A stretch of DNA of 64,000 nt, from the NCBI GenBank assembly GCA_013239625.1, contig MU053216.1:2632943-2696942 (forward strand). The letters run 5' to 3'. Origin of the DNA: Lama guanicoe. Lineage: Eukaryota. The position numbers were made by a program, and so were the translations under genes. The notes below the pieces were generated by a model that made no database searches, was not told the origin of the DNA, and saw only the letters and a program-made list of their open reading frames with translations. Below are positions 1-12,914 of the stretch, piece by piece; the stretch's first letter is position 1, and every line of letters begins with the position of its first letter.

Positions 1-149
1 ACCCACCACCATTAAAAATAAAAGTAGAGTCTGGATGAGAAGACGGGCGGGCAGGTCTGCTGAGACGGCAGAGTCTCCAAAGTCTGGCTTCTTCTCTACT
101 TTATACTGTAAGTGTCCAGCATCTCCACGGCACTGGGCGTTCTCCACTC

Positions 150-613
150 CTTTCTTTTTAATTTTATCTTTTATTGACATGCAGTTGATTTACAGTGTTA
201 GTTTCAGGTGTACAGCAAGGCAATTCAGTTATACATACACATACACATATTTTTCTTTTCAGATTCTTTTCCATTATAGGTTATTGCACAGCATTGAATA
301 CAGTGCCCTTGCTGTACAGTAGGTCCTATTGTTTATCTCTTTTATATATAATTGTGTGTATCTGCTAATCCCAAACTTCTAGTTTATCTTTCCCCCCTTT
401 CCCCTTTGGTAACCATAGTTCGTTTTCCATGTCTGTGAGTCTGTTTTTGGTTTGTAGATAAAATTTGTATTTTTTTAGATTTCACATATTAGTGATATCG
501 TATAATATTTGTCTTTGACTTACTTCACTTAATATAATAATCTCTAGGTCCATCCATGTCACTGCAAATAGCATTATTTCATTCTTTTTTATGGCTGAGT
601 AGTATTCCACCAT

Positions 614-654
<41 letters not shown>

Positions 655-908
655 ACATCTTCTTTTTACTTTCATCTGTTGATCAACATTTAGGTTGTTT
701 CCATGTCTCGGCTATTGTAAATAGTGTTGCTGTGAACACTGGGGTGCCTGTGTCTTTTTGAATTCTAGCCTCCTCTGGATCTATGCCCAGATCCAGACTG
801 CTGGATCTACAGTAACTCTGTTTTTAGATTTTAAAGGAGCCTCCATACTGTCCTCCGTAGTGGCTGCACCAGTTTACATTCCCACCAATAGTGTAGGATC
901 TCCTCTCC
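150..908 (-). mobile_element. 5'-truncated LINE-1 (3' UTR plus end of ORF2), cetartiodactyl-type
   Basis: T-rich tail at ~150-175, then typical antisense L1 3' UTR (ttttattgacatgcagttgatttacagtg...cccctttggtaaccata...tccatccatgtcactgcaaatagcattatttcattcttttttatggctgagtagtattcc) and ORF2 end (gtggctgcaccagtttacattcccaccaa). Confidence 0.92.
616..652. repeat. (CA)n microsatellite inside L1
   Basis: Direct read of the CA run. Confidence 0.95.
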
Positions 909-1200
909 TGAGTCAAACCAAACTAGGAGGTAATTTGAACTACTCACCACTGCTTGTATGAACTGTTGTGATGAGATTCCCTGGTAAGGGGACCAACACT
1001 GATCAGTTCAGCCTTATTTAAAATGATCTGTTTTCCTTTTTCTATCACCTCAGAATTCCTTGTCACGTGTGTGGCCCAGAGATTCTTCTGTATTAATCAG
1101 CGAATTCTTGCATTTCCTTTCAATCATAAGCTGGGACCTGACACCGCATACCAGGTCCAGCATCCACTCAATGTCTCTCCTGTGTCTTACAGTCATGATG

Positions 1201-1930
1201 TAGGGAGCCCTCCTTCACTGCTGGTGGGAATGCAGTTTGGTGCAGCCACTGTGGAAAATACTATGGAGATTCCTCAAAAGACTAGGAATAGACTTACTGT
1301 ATGACCCAGGAATCCCACTCTTGGGCTTGTATCCAGAAGGAATCCTACTTCAGGATGACACCTGCACCCCAATGCTCATAGTAGCACTATTTACAATAGC
1401 CAAGACATGGAAACAGCCTAAATGTCCATCAATAGATGACTGGATAAAGAAGAGTTGATATATTTATACAATGGAATACTACTCAGCCATAAAAACTGAC
1501 AACATAATGCCATTTGCAGCAACAGGGATGTTCCTGGAGAATGTCATTCTAAGTGAAGTAAGCCAGAAAGAGAAAGAAAAATATCATATGAGATTGCTCA
1601 TATGTGGAATCTAAAAAAAAAAAACAAAACAACAAAGCATAAATACAAAACAGAAACAGACTCATAGACATAGAATACAAACTTGTGGTTGCCAAGGGGG
1701 CAGGGGGTGGGAAGGGATAGATGGGATTTCAAAATTGTAGAATAGATAAACAAGATTATACTGTATAGCACAGGGAAATGTACACAAGATCTTATGGTAG
1801 CTCACAGAGAAAAAAATGTGACCATGAATATATATATGTTCATGTATAACTGAAAAATTGCGCTCTACACTGGAATTTGACACAACATTGTAAAATGATT
1901 ATAAATCAATAAAAAAATGCTAAAAAAAAA
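1201..1930 (+). mobile_element. Younger 5'-truncated LINE-1 with ORF2 C-terminal remnant, polyA tail and TSD
   Basis: ORF 1237-1458 reads [32 protein letters not shown]...CTPMLIVALFTIAKTWKQPKCPSIDDWIKK, the L1 ORF2 C-terminus. AATAAA and A-tail at ~1908-1930. TSD agtcatgatgt (1191-1201) / agtcatgacgt (1931-1941), differing by one CpG transition. Confidence 0.95.
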
Positions 1931-2317
1931 AGTCATGACGTGCCAGAGCCCTCAGAGTCACACAAGCACATAGCTGTAAATGGCAAGCTGGCTTTCACAC
2001 CCTGTTCTCTGTGCTTTGTCTGGGTATCTAGAGACTGATGCTGTGGCCACTGCCAAACGTGGTCTGGTGCAACATTTATAGCTTCCTCCTTACAGTTATT
2101 AATTAAATGTTTGACTTTGTCACTGTAAAACATTTTAGGAGCCATTATTTATCATTATCTAAACAGCATAATCACAATTTCTAGAGTTTTTTTTTCATGT
2201 TTCCCCGCCACCGCAGGGTAAAAAGAAAAAAAACAATGTAATCCTGAATCAAATAGCTCCAACATTTTCTTGCTCAGAAGGCAGCAGAGTAAGCTTTCAA
2301 ATTAGCTCTCTTCTTGT

Positions 2318-2440
2318 AATAATGTGTAATGGAGAAGAATCTGAAAAGAAAAAAAAATGTATGTATGTGTATAACTGAATCATTTTGCTGTACACCTGAA
2401 ACCAACATTGTAAATCAACTGCACTTCAATTAAAAAAAAT
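2318..2440 (+). mobile_element. L1 extreme 3' end fragment
   Basis: tataactgaatcattttgctgtacacctgaaaccaacattgtaaatcaactgcacttcaattaaaaaaa, same family as the copies at 150 and 39352. Confidence 0.85.
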
Positions 2441-3129
2441 TGTAAAAACTAAAGTAATTAGTTCTCCCCTAGTTTGCACTCTTTAGTGTTTCTCCATTTG
2501 ATATGAAAAATATAGAATCCAACGTTACTGTCTAGACACACAGGCAGCGTCACTTGCCAGAGGCTGCCCTTCCGCTCCTTCTCGCCCCGTGCTCCGGGCA
2601 GGGGGCCTGCCTGCCGGGTGAAGAACGCACCACGCTGCTTCTTGCTCCTGGCACTGGGACGCGCTGCCTCGGCTCCCTGGGGTGGCGGGCGCCGTTCACC
2701 TGTAACTGTGGGTGACGACGTCCCCTGACGGCGGACAGCACCGAACCCCCTCCGTGTAGCAATGCCGCGTGCGCTGGGTCTCAGTTATTTTGTGCACCTC
2801 CTTGACCACTCCTGGGCGGGCGCCTGCAGACTTCTCAAAACAAGGGCATATCAAACAGCAGCTTAAACAAAGTGGGGAAATGTGGATTAAACAAAATTAA
2901 ACAGGAAAGTGAGAATCACATCTCCTGGGGATTTTAATATTATTATAATAAAACATGTTTGTTTTCCCCCCCAAAATTCTAGTAGCGTTTACCTAAACTT
3001 CTGCTTACTTTTGAACCCTGAGATGTGTTTCAGTCTTGCTTCTGAAGCAGAATTTCTGGGGACGCAAGAGTGTGGGTGAGGTCTTAGCACGAGGCTGGCT
3101 TTTCTGCCGGTGGCGCTGTTTGGCATGGC

Positions 3130-3558
3130 CCCGGATGCAGCGTTCTCCCCTGCCTGCTTAGGACCTTGGGGAGCTGATTTTATCCTGGGCTTTATCGTGG
3201 GTTCCCTTCAGTGGCTGCTCCCGGCAGGCTTTGGCCACTGGGCCACTGGCCGGAGCCTGGGGACAGGAGACGGGCGGGAAGTTCCTTCCTTCTGTCTCCC
3301 TCCTGGTGCCACACCTCTGGCGGTGGCCGGGTCTGCACTGTGGGCTTTCCCCAGTGGTCCCTGTCCCCTCACTGGGCTGTGAGCACCGCGCCCTCTCTTC
3401 CCCCTTCAGGCCCAGGCTGAGAAGGGCTTCTCGCCTTGGCTGCTCTCTGGCTGCTTCCACCAGCCTTGCTGGCTCTTCTAATTCCATTCCAGCCCTTCTG
3501 TAGACTCCCTCAAACCATCTAAATTCTGCCTGGTTCCCAGCCTTGGCTGGCTGATACG
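3130..3558 (+). mobile_element. ERVL solo LTR, LTR33-like
   Basis: Resembles recalled LTR33 motifs: ggctttggccactgggccactggccggag, ccccttcaggcccagg, gctgcttccaccagccttgctgg, and end ggctgatac. Confidence 0.6.
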
Positions 3559-4172
3559 GAGCGTTTCCAATCTGCTTACTGGTTTGTGGCTCAGCTTAGG
3601 CTGACAGCTTGGATAGTATAAGCCGTCACTTATACCGCTCTCACACTGAAATACATGATTAATTTATCTCTTTGCTCCCATAAATGGAGCAAATCTTACT
3701 GCAATTAATTTATTTATGACCTAAGGAAATATAATAATAATTGATAACTTTTCCCTAAAAAAATCATGACATCCTTCTTGGGACAGGCACAAATGTAGAT
3801 GAGCCTTTTTTTTTTCCAAAATAAAAAATAATTCTTGCATATATCTTTCAAAGCTTAAATGATGCCTCCTAAATTACTTATTTTTCTGTGTTGAAACATG
3901 ATGTATTTTTCCAATGATCTGTGACCAGTGACAACGCCATCGACAGTAGTCCTGAAATGTCGTTCAGCCACTGTTCATGATGAAAAGATTTTATGAATAA
4001 TTGTCTTCAATTTTAGGCCATTAATAAGTTCCAAAACATATCGAAACTATAGACCACTTTTATTATGTAAGTGTGCTGAGGGATAACTTGGAAACCACTC
4101 TGTACGTGGTGCCTGATGAAAGATACTACGGACTTGTTTCCTGATCACTCAGATGAAGGCAAAGAATTAGTC

Positions 4173-5216
4173 CAGGCGGGCCTTGCTGTGCACGGCGGGG
4201 CGGGACTCCGCACGACACACGCAGACACAAACCCTGCACAGCGATCTTCATCACAATGGGAAAATTCTGATTTTTTTCTCATGATTTTCAAAGTTTTTCT
4301 TCAAAATGTTAAAACCTCTTACTAATAGTTATAAATGTGTGGGAGAATGAAAGCAAGTAGTGAAATTCACATTGATTTATAAGACTGCGACTGAAGACAT
4401 TGGAAGCACTGGGAATTGCAGTGTTTCACTTCACCGTGGACACCGTACCCACAGTGTTTTGAACAGCGCGTGCCTCCTCATTCCGTAACATAGCTTGTGT
4501 CTAAGATACAGAACGGGCCTCTTTTCTGTGTCTCGGTGAAGCCTCGCACGCCTTTCCAAGTTTAGACCACCTTCCAGCATTTTATCCTCTGCCTCGTCAA
4601 AGTTGTGATGCATCTCCGGGGATCCCTATAATGTAAAGTTTCTTACTGGTGTCACTTCTTCTGGGACCTCTTTCCTTTTTGTCATCCTTCTCATCCTTTT
4701 AGTTTATGTTGATAAGTCCTTCATTCTTACGTTCCTTTGGATGCACAGCCAGACAAATCCTACGTGTAGCCTTCATCCTGCTTCCTTCCATCTGTGCAAG
4801 TTTCACTGCCGGCATGGTCGGGCTTCTTTTTTTTTTGTTTTCACCGAAATTTTCATCTTTATTGTCTAATTCTTTTGATTATTTGTTTTGTCAAATGTCA
4901 CACGTGTTTGTTCCTAGCAGACAAGGAGGCAACACAACCACGCACTTTCCTGTCTGTGTGGACGGAGTAAGAGATACACGGCGACCAAACCCTGACTGGC
5001 GACCGGCCGCTCGCTGGGCAGGATTTGCACCTGTCATTCCGCAGAGATCTGTGAACTGCGGAGCTCGCGGCAGAGCCGCACTGTGCCATTGTCCACAGGC
5101 AGCACGCCCTGGGGACTGAAATTTGGTCCATGTCGCTTGGGGGAGGCTGTTTCATGACTAAACCACGGTCACTGAGATCAGTATGTATTGGGACCACCAA
5201 GAGCGAGGGCTTCCTG
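4173..5216. mobile_element. TcMar-Tigger DNA transposon remnant (Tigger13a-like); transposase C-terminal remnant on the minus strand
   Basis: Degenerate terminal inverted repeats (caggcgggccttgctgtgcacgg / gagcgagggcttcctg). Minus-strand translation EEVTPVRNFTL...HNFDEAEDKMLEGGLNLER resembles a Tigger transposase C-terminus. Confidence 0.75.
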
Positions 5217-6034
5217 GATCCACGAGTGTTTGAATTTTGATATAATAGGACTCTTTCCCATTACTTAACGTCATTTAAGTCCCTATTATATATTGAACAT
5301 AACTTAGCGCATACAAAAGTCAAGATGATTTGTGATTTCAAAGAAAATTTATATTGAAATGAAAGAGTTGATACATTTCTTTTCCCTCAGACCACAGATT
5401 TTAGCAGGCTTTACAGCAACTATGTCAACAGATACTGTCAACACCAGAGCAAAACACTGGCCTCGTTCCCTCGCTCGCTCGTTTTGGACATTAATGTAAC
5501 TTTTATGTGAAAACTAGCTTTGAAGCTGGAACCAGTCTGGGATCTGCTGTCCAAGCATATCGTTTCCTTCTTCATAGTAAACTCAGACCAAAGTTGGAAT
5601 TTGCAAGGCAAGGATAATTTGCAAGGATAAAGAGAACAATTAAGTTTTCTAGATTCTGAACAGAGTAGGGAAATTTAGCTAAGTTGGGAAATTAGAATCA
5701 CATTCCGTCTGGAGTCAACAAATAAATTATTCTGTATGGTCTGAACATAAAGTGTTGAACATAAAAGTAAATTTCTGGATCAATTAAGGTGTAAGTGTCT
5801 TAACTACACTCACAAACATAATTTAAAATCTAGAGCAAGATGAAAAACTGTCTAAATCAGGTCTCAAAAGCGTCGGACTCCAGGAACAGATGTTGTAATG
5901 ACCTTTCCTTGCTGAAGTGCACCTATGAAAAGCATTTATCGCAAGAAGAAGTGGACTGCCTGAGCCTCACTACTGTTGCTGATGGTTTGCGTTCATACAC
6001 AAAAAACCCAGGTGGTAGTGGGAAAGTTCCTTTG

Positions 6035-6790
6035 TTCATTCATTTATTCATTCATTCACTCATCCATTCATTTCTCCGCGTATTTATTCTTTCCCTCGGT
6101 AAATCTTGCTAATGTTAATCTCCCATATGCCAAACACTGGGAATACAGCAGTGAATTGCCCTTCATGGAGCTGATGGTTTAGTGAACACGCAGACGTTCA
6201 GCAAGGAGACGTGTAGTGGTGAATACATAATTACTCATTCACACGGAAGAAAAAACAAGACGAGCTGAGGGAGTAAGAGAGAGGAAGTATTTTAGGGAAG
6301 ACATTCAGTAAGACCCCTCCGAGAAAGAGACCTTTATGCCAAAACCTGAGGGGAAAACAGGCCTGCCTTGAGGAGTGGGTCGAGGGCTTTCTGAGCAAGA
6401 ACAGAGTGAAAGAGCTATGCGGGGACGTCAGCGCGTCGAGGAGGCTGCAGGGGCAGCCGTCCACTTGGCGACAGGAGGCAGGAAGAGGCAGCGGGAGGGG
6501 TGGGGGTGCGGGCGGAGCCGCGCGCTGCAAGCCCTCGTGGGCCTGGGCCTCCTACTGGCACGGGAGGAAGCCCTGGGGGGTCTCCCAGAGAGAGGACATG
6601 AGCTGGTTTGCGTGCAGGGCATGCACCGGAGTGCTTTCTGGGGGGACGAGAGGAGTCACAAGCACGTCCCAGGCGAGGGGAGTGGGGCTCGGGGCGCAGT
6701 GGACATGATGTCCACCCGGTGGATGTTGGGTTCCCCGTGCCGGCGTGGCTTCCGCAGGGAGAACAGTCTTGTCATCTGATGTTGAATTCA
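6035..6790 (-). mobile_element. LINE-2 3' fragment
   Basis: (TTCA)n tail at 6035-6070, then actgggaatacagcagtgaa...tgcccttcatggagctgatggtttagt, typical antisense L2 3' end. The distal part is unusually GC-rich. Confidence 0.75.
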
Positions 6791-6992
6791 GGACTGATGA
6801 CTGTGACCCCGTGCTCATCTTCTGGGCAAGGGGACTTCCCACCCGGACAGGGGAGTCCCCACCGTGTGATTCCCCTCTTCTTCTGTGGCCGCACGGGCCC
6901 AGCAAAGGGGCGGCTTCTTACGAGGCCTCAGCAATTGCAGTGGATTCCCGGCTTCGTTCCATATGCCTGACCCTGACGTGTCGTGCTGCTCC

Positions 6993-7036
6993 TGTGTGTG
7001 TGTGTGTGTGTGGGTGGGTGTGTGGGTTGTGTGGGT
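6993..7036. repeat. (TG)n / (TGGG) microsatellite
   Basis: Direct read. Confidence 0.9.
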
Positions 7037-7154
7037 GGATGCATGTGCCTCCAAGACTGGAATTTCTCACTCCCAGGGGCTGAGACGGTGTCTCCTGGTT
7101 GCCAAGCCCACCCCACGGGCAGTATTTCATTGCAATCTAGCCTTCTTAGCGCTT

Positions 7155-7500
7155 CTCTTTAATTGAAGTGTAGTTTACTTACGATGTTGCGTTGGTGTCT
7201 GGTGTGCGGCAGGGTGAGTCGGGCACGCATTTACATGTATGTTCTTTTCCACATTCTTCTCCACGGCAGGTGGTTGCAGGCTACTGACGCACTGCGCTCT
7301 GTGGTAGGACCTTGCTTGTCTGTGTCATGTAGAGTGGGCTGCATCTACTAACCCCAAACTCCTAATTTATCCTTCCCTGCTTCCCCTTTGGTAACTGTAA
7401 GTTTGTTTTCTACCTCCAAAAGTCTATCTTTGTTTTGTAAATAAGTCCATTTGTGTCATTTTTTTAGATTCCACATAGAAGTGGTCTCATGTGGTGTTTT
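7155..7500 (-). mobile_element. L1 3' UTR fragment, heavily GC-substituted in its first half
   Basis: Aligns by eye to the L1 copy at 165-520 (ttttaattgaagtgtag...ccaaactcctaatttatcc...cccctttggtaac...tttttagattccacat). Confidence 0.88.
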
Positions 7501-7759
7501 AACCTGTCCTGTCCGGCCAGGCTTAGATGCTCTTGTTCTCCTGGGTCCATTCAGAAGCTTCTGGGGAAGAGGTTTGCCTCTTGTCATCAAATGCTCGGGC
7601 AAATGTTACGTCCCTTTCTCTGATCAACAACCTTTAGGAAAAAAGCATTAACCTCGTCTGTCTCCCCGCGTGCAGCTCAGCCTCCGTTTCTCTGGCTGTC
7701 TGAGATGGTCTTAGACTTTCCTGAAGCTTTAAACACCAGAGCAGTACAGAGGTTTCTCA

Positions 7760-8160
7760 GTCTGCGTTCTCCAGCCAAGGTAGCTCTTCTGTGCGCCAGA
7801 CTCACGGCTCTCACTTGAGCTAGCCTCATAAATGCCTCATAAGCATCTAAAAATTCACGTTTATATTTGAGCTCCCTCTCCCCCCGCCGCCACTAAAACA
7901 GCACCAATGTCTTCCTCCTGGAATTTTCAGTTTTGGAAAATACACCAACCCAAGCCTGGCTGTCCGGCCGTCAGTTCCGACCCCTCCTTTACCTCGAGAC
8001 CCACCAAAAGAAAAACCAGGAGGTTCTTTTCATAGTATTATCAGAAATGGCCTAGAGTTTGCCCGTTTCTCTCATAACCTTCCACTGCATCCTGCTCCGC
8101 CGTGACAGTGACACACTAATTCATTTACCTGCTTGCCCGGGGGCTTCCCACCACTGCCTG
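7760..8160 (+). mobile_element. Degenerate LINE-2 fragment
   Basis: L2-like phrasing (aaatgcctcataagcatctaaaaattcac, ccgacccctcctttacctc); highly diverged. Confidence 0.45.
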
Positions 8161-11100
8161 CCGAAGGGGAGGGTGTACTCATGATGCCTGCTGCCCTGAC
8201 GCCCGGGCACCCAACGCAGGGGGTCTTCCCCTGGCGGGTGGAGCGCGCCGTCAGGTGACTCGTGATGTATTCAGAGCTACGATTCATCCAGAGGGGAAGG
8301 GGCCACGAGCAACCAGCTTTGAAATTTCACCCACGTGGGCAGGCATCCCGTGAGCTTGTGAACACACAGATACGTTTAGTTTTTCCTTCTGGAGACTATC
8401 CATACCACCTAAACAGCTTTAAGCCCCAGCATAAAAATACCTTTAAAATTATTTCAATTCTCATATTTTTTATGTTTTTTGTGTGTTTTCAGGGGAAAAA
8501 ATTATGTTATTATTTTAAGAAAGAAAATAAGAAATAAGAAAATACTAAAGTGCTATCAATTCCTTTGCTCCCAGTTTGTGCAAAGCAACAGGAACCTCTA
8601 CATGACTCGCTAGTGACTGAACAAAACACAACAAGACCAACCGTTCTTCTGGAGGCGTTATTTGTGAAGATTTAAAAGCCCAACTATTTCTCCCTTACCT
8701 GCCAAGTCACAATCTAGACTTAATACATTGAAACATCTCACCATCAAAGCTAAATTACTATAAATAAAGGTTTAAAGAACAAATTATATATGGTTTAAAA
8801 TGGAAGACAGGAAGTGTTTTACAGACAGAGAAGAAAGGGACAGGAGTTCAAATAAAAGTAACTTTGGAAGATGCCTCCTTCATCTGACACAAGGCAGGAA
8901 GCTTTGCAGGTCGTTTTTGTTATTATTTTAAAACATAGTTGCATTTATCCAACTTCAGCTTCCTTGAACTCCAGGGGACTGGGTGCTCATTAGTCCACAG
9001 CCCGTTACACTTACAAGGTGCTCAAAGTACTAGAACATCCGTCCCTTTGGTTTTTTGTGTTGTTTTGTTTGCCTGTTTGGCTTTTGTTGTTGTTGCTTTG
9101 TTTTGACGTGGCCCACACTGTCCTCTGGAGCCACGTGGGGCCCCTCCTCCCACGTGACTGCCTTGGAGGACAGCTCCAACCTCCTCTGCGTCCTATTGGC
9201 CAACTTTTCTACCTTAACCTGTTTTCATGCTCTTTTTCAATCATTCTTCACGTGATTCATCATCAGCCTGTTCAGCCTCTTCTGGGCGTTCATTCTTGGC
9301 TCTTACCAGGAATTCACACCAAATTTGCAAGCCTGTGCTTTCCAGAATCTTTTCATTATTTACCCTTCATGGAAATTGGTACAATGTGTCTTAATTTGTA
9401 TGAAAACATTTCCACTTTCTAAATTTTCCCAAAGTTTCTGGAGTCACATTTGAAAGTTATCTTAGTGTTTTCATGTAAAAGTCTTCTGATCATGAAAATT
9501 GAATTCATTTTAAAGCAGGAAGAAATTCCTTATTTTTGTCCTAATGTAGTGTGAGCTCCAATTCTCCTTTAATGATATTCGTCAGCCCTTTCCAGACTGA
9601 AAATAAGCCTAAATGGGTGAAACTCTGAAAGCACGCCAAACACACAAAAACCCACAAACCAAACCTCTCATCAGAATCACTGTCAAAGTGCCTTCTGCCC
9701 AGCTGAAATTTAACATATCCAATCTCTCTTTCTATTATTTGATAAGATGTTTTGCTAATTGGAATTTGTCCTGCTTGAAAACTACATGAGCGTGTGGGAG
9801 CCTTGCACGTGAAGCTGGTTCCATCACTATACACTGTTTTCTCTCCAGAAACAAACGTCTGATTTTGCAAAATGCATAAAATGCATAACCAGATTTTCAA
9901 GTAGTTTAAATTAATCCATATTTGCATGGCCTCAACTGTATACCAGTGACAGAGGAAGAGGGGAAAGACTATGGAATACATATTAATCTGTAACGTAAGG
10001 CCCTTTTGTATCCTCCACACAATGAAAACCTGAGACTTCCTTTCTTACGGGGTTGCAGAAGGTGGAGGTGCCCCACCCACCGGGAGTGCAGGCTCGCAGG
10101 GAGTGTTCCCCACCGCTGGCCAGTCGCGCTGCATGTTTCATTTAACCACCTCAACTTCTTGCTGCAGTTTCTAAGTGTTAGAATTTCAACTGTGGTTTTT
10201 TGCTCCCTTCCTCCTGCTCATTATGGAACAGATATTACAAGGCTAAAAGGGGTCGTATATTAACTGGAGGAGATCCAATTATGGGCAAAACCAGAGCAGG
10301 GCTCCTGGGCAAACTGAAAGCTGTACTAAAGTGATCACGTGACTACACGTTACGAAGCATGAACACGCTCACTTTTTTCCCGAGATAATTTAACACAGGT
10401 ACTTCAGTAGAGTCTACCCAGTTAGCTATAGACACCAAGTCATGAGAATACCTAGAAAAAGAAATTTTTGACATTAAATTGACATTAAAAAATTGACATT
10501 AAAAACAAACCTTTTCATATTCAAAACTATATTCAATGTATAGAAATCTACAGTTGGGAAATACATAATTATTTGAAAATGGCTGAAGCATGGTTTTTGG
10601 TTTTCCACCCACCTATATGTAAGTATACGTAAAATTTGATGTTACTGTTACTAGTATTGCTGGAGAACCATGGTCTTATGCAAATTATTAGACAACCTGA
10701 ATTCATAAACTTTGAATATAAAAATCATATATTGTCCTGGATAATTACTAATATCTGAGTAGCGAATGACATACCCAAAAGTATATTGATATAAAGATAT
10801 ATCCAATTTTGGTAGCAGAAACCAAGCATTATTAATATTTTAGTTTGGAAGGTAATGTATGTGGAATAGAGTACTTCAAGTGTTGCCTGTCTAAAGTAAA
10901 CTATTATTTGAAAAATATCTCAATAAGAGGGATGTTGTGCATTTAAAAACACTATTAGAATCCTTTTATTATCTTTGACATTTCATATTTTCCCCTGTTT
11001 TATATTCAAGTGAACAAAACAATTATAGGTAGATATTTACTGGCAGTTTAAAAATAACTTTATTTTGAGCACTGACTTTACTGTATTTTAGAGCACTGTA

Positions 11101-12345
11101 AAGAATACCGAGAAGTGGGAAGCTTGCTTCTAAATTATTTTGCTATGAACATTCTTTACAAGGAAATAAAGGGTTAGACTGCAATGCCCAGACTGTTAGA
11201 AACGTCCGATGTGACGCGTCCCAGCCAGGGGCACGAAGCGCCTGCATAAAGCGTCTTCTTAGAATAGAGGCACCCGGAAAACAGCCAGATAGCAAGGGGA
11301 GCGCTCAGACAGCTGACGGACAGCTCAGTTTCTAGGCAAACAGGAAATAAACTTGAGTTTAGTAGACTTGGTAACAACTAGACCACAAATTCATCCAGTT
11401 CTCGTCAGAGAAGATACAGATTTCTGATTACAGGTGGAAATCCAGTTGGGTCCATCATTATTAGGTCCTCCATCCTCTGCTAGGTACCCTGGGAGGAGCA
11501 CAGGACTTGGTGCTAGGATCTCTGTCCTCACTGAACAGGACACCTGACAGATTCTGCTGGTTACCCCAAAGAACTTTGCTTGAAGAGGGATTTCCATGTA
11601 TGAAAACTTCAGTGTATTCTTCAGGGGAACGTGCATGGGGTGAGGAGCAGACACTTGCTTAGCTATTCTGTTTCAGCGAAATCACCCCTGAAAATCTACA
11701 GCCAAATTGCTCCCACATCTGTCATTTTAGCTAAAATTAAACACGAATAACTGGAGAGCATTACAGTATGTTTCTAATTAGAGCAATACTATGAGTTTTA
11801 GACAAAAATGGTCCCAGTTGGGCAGAACCCTGACCTGGGCCATGAGCCTCCTCCCCTGGAGGCAGGGGCGTCACCACCTTTTAAAGTTTGGATTTCAGAT
11901 CTGAGGATGGAGTGGACAGGGCAGTGGACCCTCATTTTCCCTTCATTTCTCTTGGTATTTCCTAGCTGGGATGTCTATGGGGCGAAGGTTAATTTCAACT
12001 TTTTGAATTCATGTTTTAAAAGCCAGGTACTTCTGAACACTTCCTCTTTTCCTTTGTTAGGATATCCCCCTGCCATCCTTTTTGGATGAGCTTGATTGAG
12101 TCCCCGGGGTCTCCTTTGTGTTCCTCCTTCAGATTGTTCCTGTGATAGATTTGACCTACAAATACTTCTGAAGCGCTTCCCAGAACAGCCTTACCTGGGG
12201 GTGCCACCACGTGGGACCCCCCACCAAGGTCTTCTGTACCCTGGTACCTGTCACAGCTCATGTAGACCAAAGAGGCTGGATCGGGCCTCACACTCACATC
12301 CTGGGTGAGTTTTGGGTCACAGTGTCCCTCCCCATGGCTGTGTGT

Positions 12346-12905
12346 GGACTTCCGTTTTCTGTTTCTACATGTGAGGAGCTTGAAAGTTGACACTCCAGCC
12401 CAGGAACAACTCAAAAATGGAACAGATGGAAAAATCAACAACTCTTCTTGGGTCCACAAGAGAGGGGAGGACTCAGGGCAAACTGCTGCCCCACGTTTGG
12501 AGAGACAGGTGAACGCAGGGAGTCACGGCCTCCAGGGGCAGTGACTTGGCAGCCAAAATGGTTTCAGGAACCCTGAGCTGGGATAGAACACATGCCTTGA
12601 ACCCAACGGATTGCTGGAGGCTAAGTGGAGACAACACTCAGAGTTAAGAACTCCAGGGGGACCCAGTCATGGCGAGTAGGGCACAGTATTGTGAGGTTTA
12701 CTCCAGGAGGTCGACCAGGTCGACATGTCATGGGGGAAAGGAATCCACCAGGCTTCCAGCAGGGAGAAGGGGAAGGTACAGTTTTGAAATACATCAGAGC
12801 ACTCTATCCTTCTTAACAAGGCCTGCCCTCTGGAAAGACTAGTTAACCAGAGGTTAGCCTTGCTGGGTATTGTCACAGCCTAACAGACCTGGGGAAAGGA
12901 AATAA
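12346..12905 (+). mobile_element. Old L1 (L1MC/L1MD class) 5' UTR, left part
   Basis: aaaatcaacaactcttcttgg...cagggcaaactgctgccc...ccagcagggagaaggggaagg...ttttgaaatacatcagagcactct...cttaacaaggcctgccctc resemble recalled L1MC/MD 5' end motifs. Confidence 0.7.
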
Positions 12906-12914
12906 TCACTTCTC

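Noticed and set aside
1237..1458. ORF with recognisable protein similarity
   Set aside because: It is a truncated L1 ORF2 C-terminus with a premature stop, not a host gene.
2545..2830. Possible minus-strand exon (ctgcag acceptor, gcaagt donor)
   Set aside because: Frames read from the acceptor hit stops, the peptide is unrecognisable and the donor is non-canonical.
9541..11654. Minus-strand ORFs of 159 and 87 aa in unique-looking DNA
   Set aside because: No recognisable domain and no convincing splice-site pairs.
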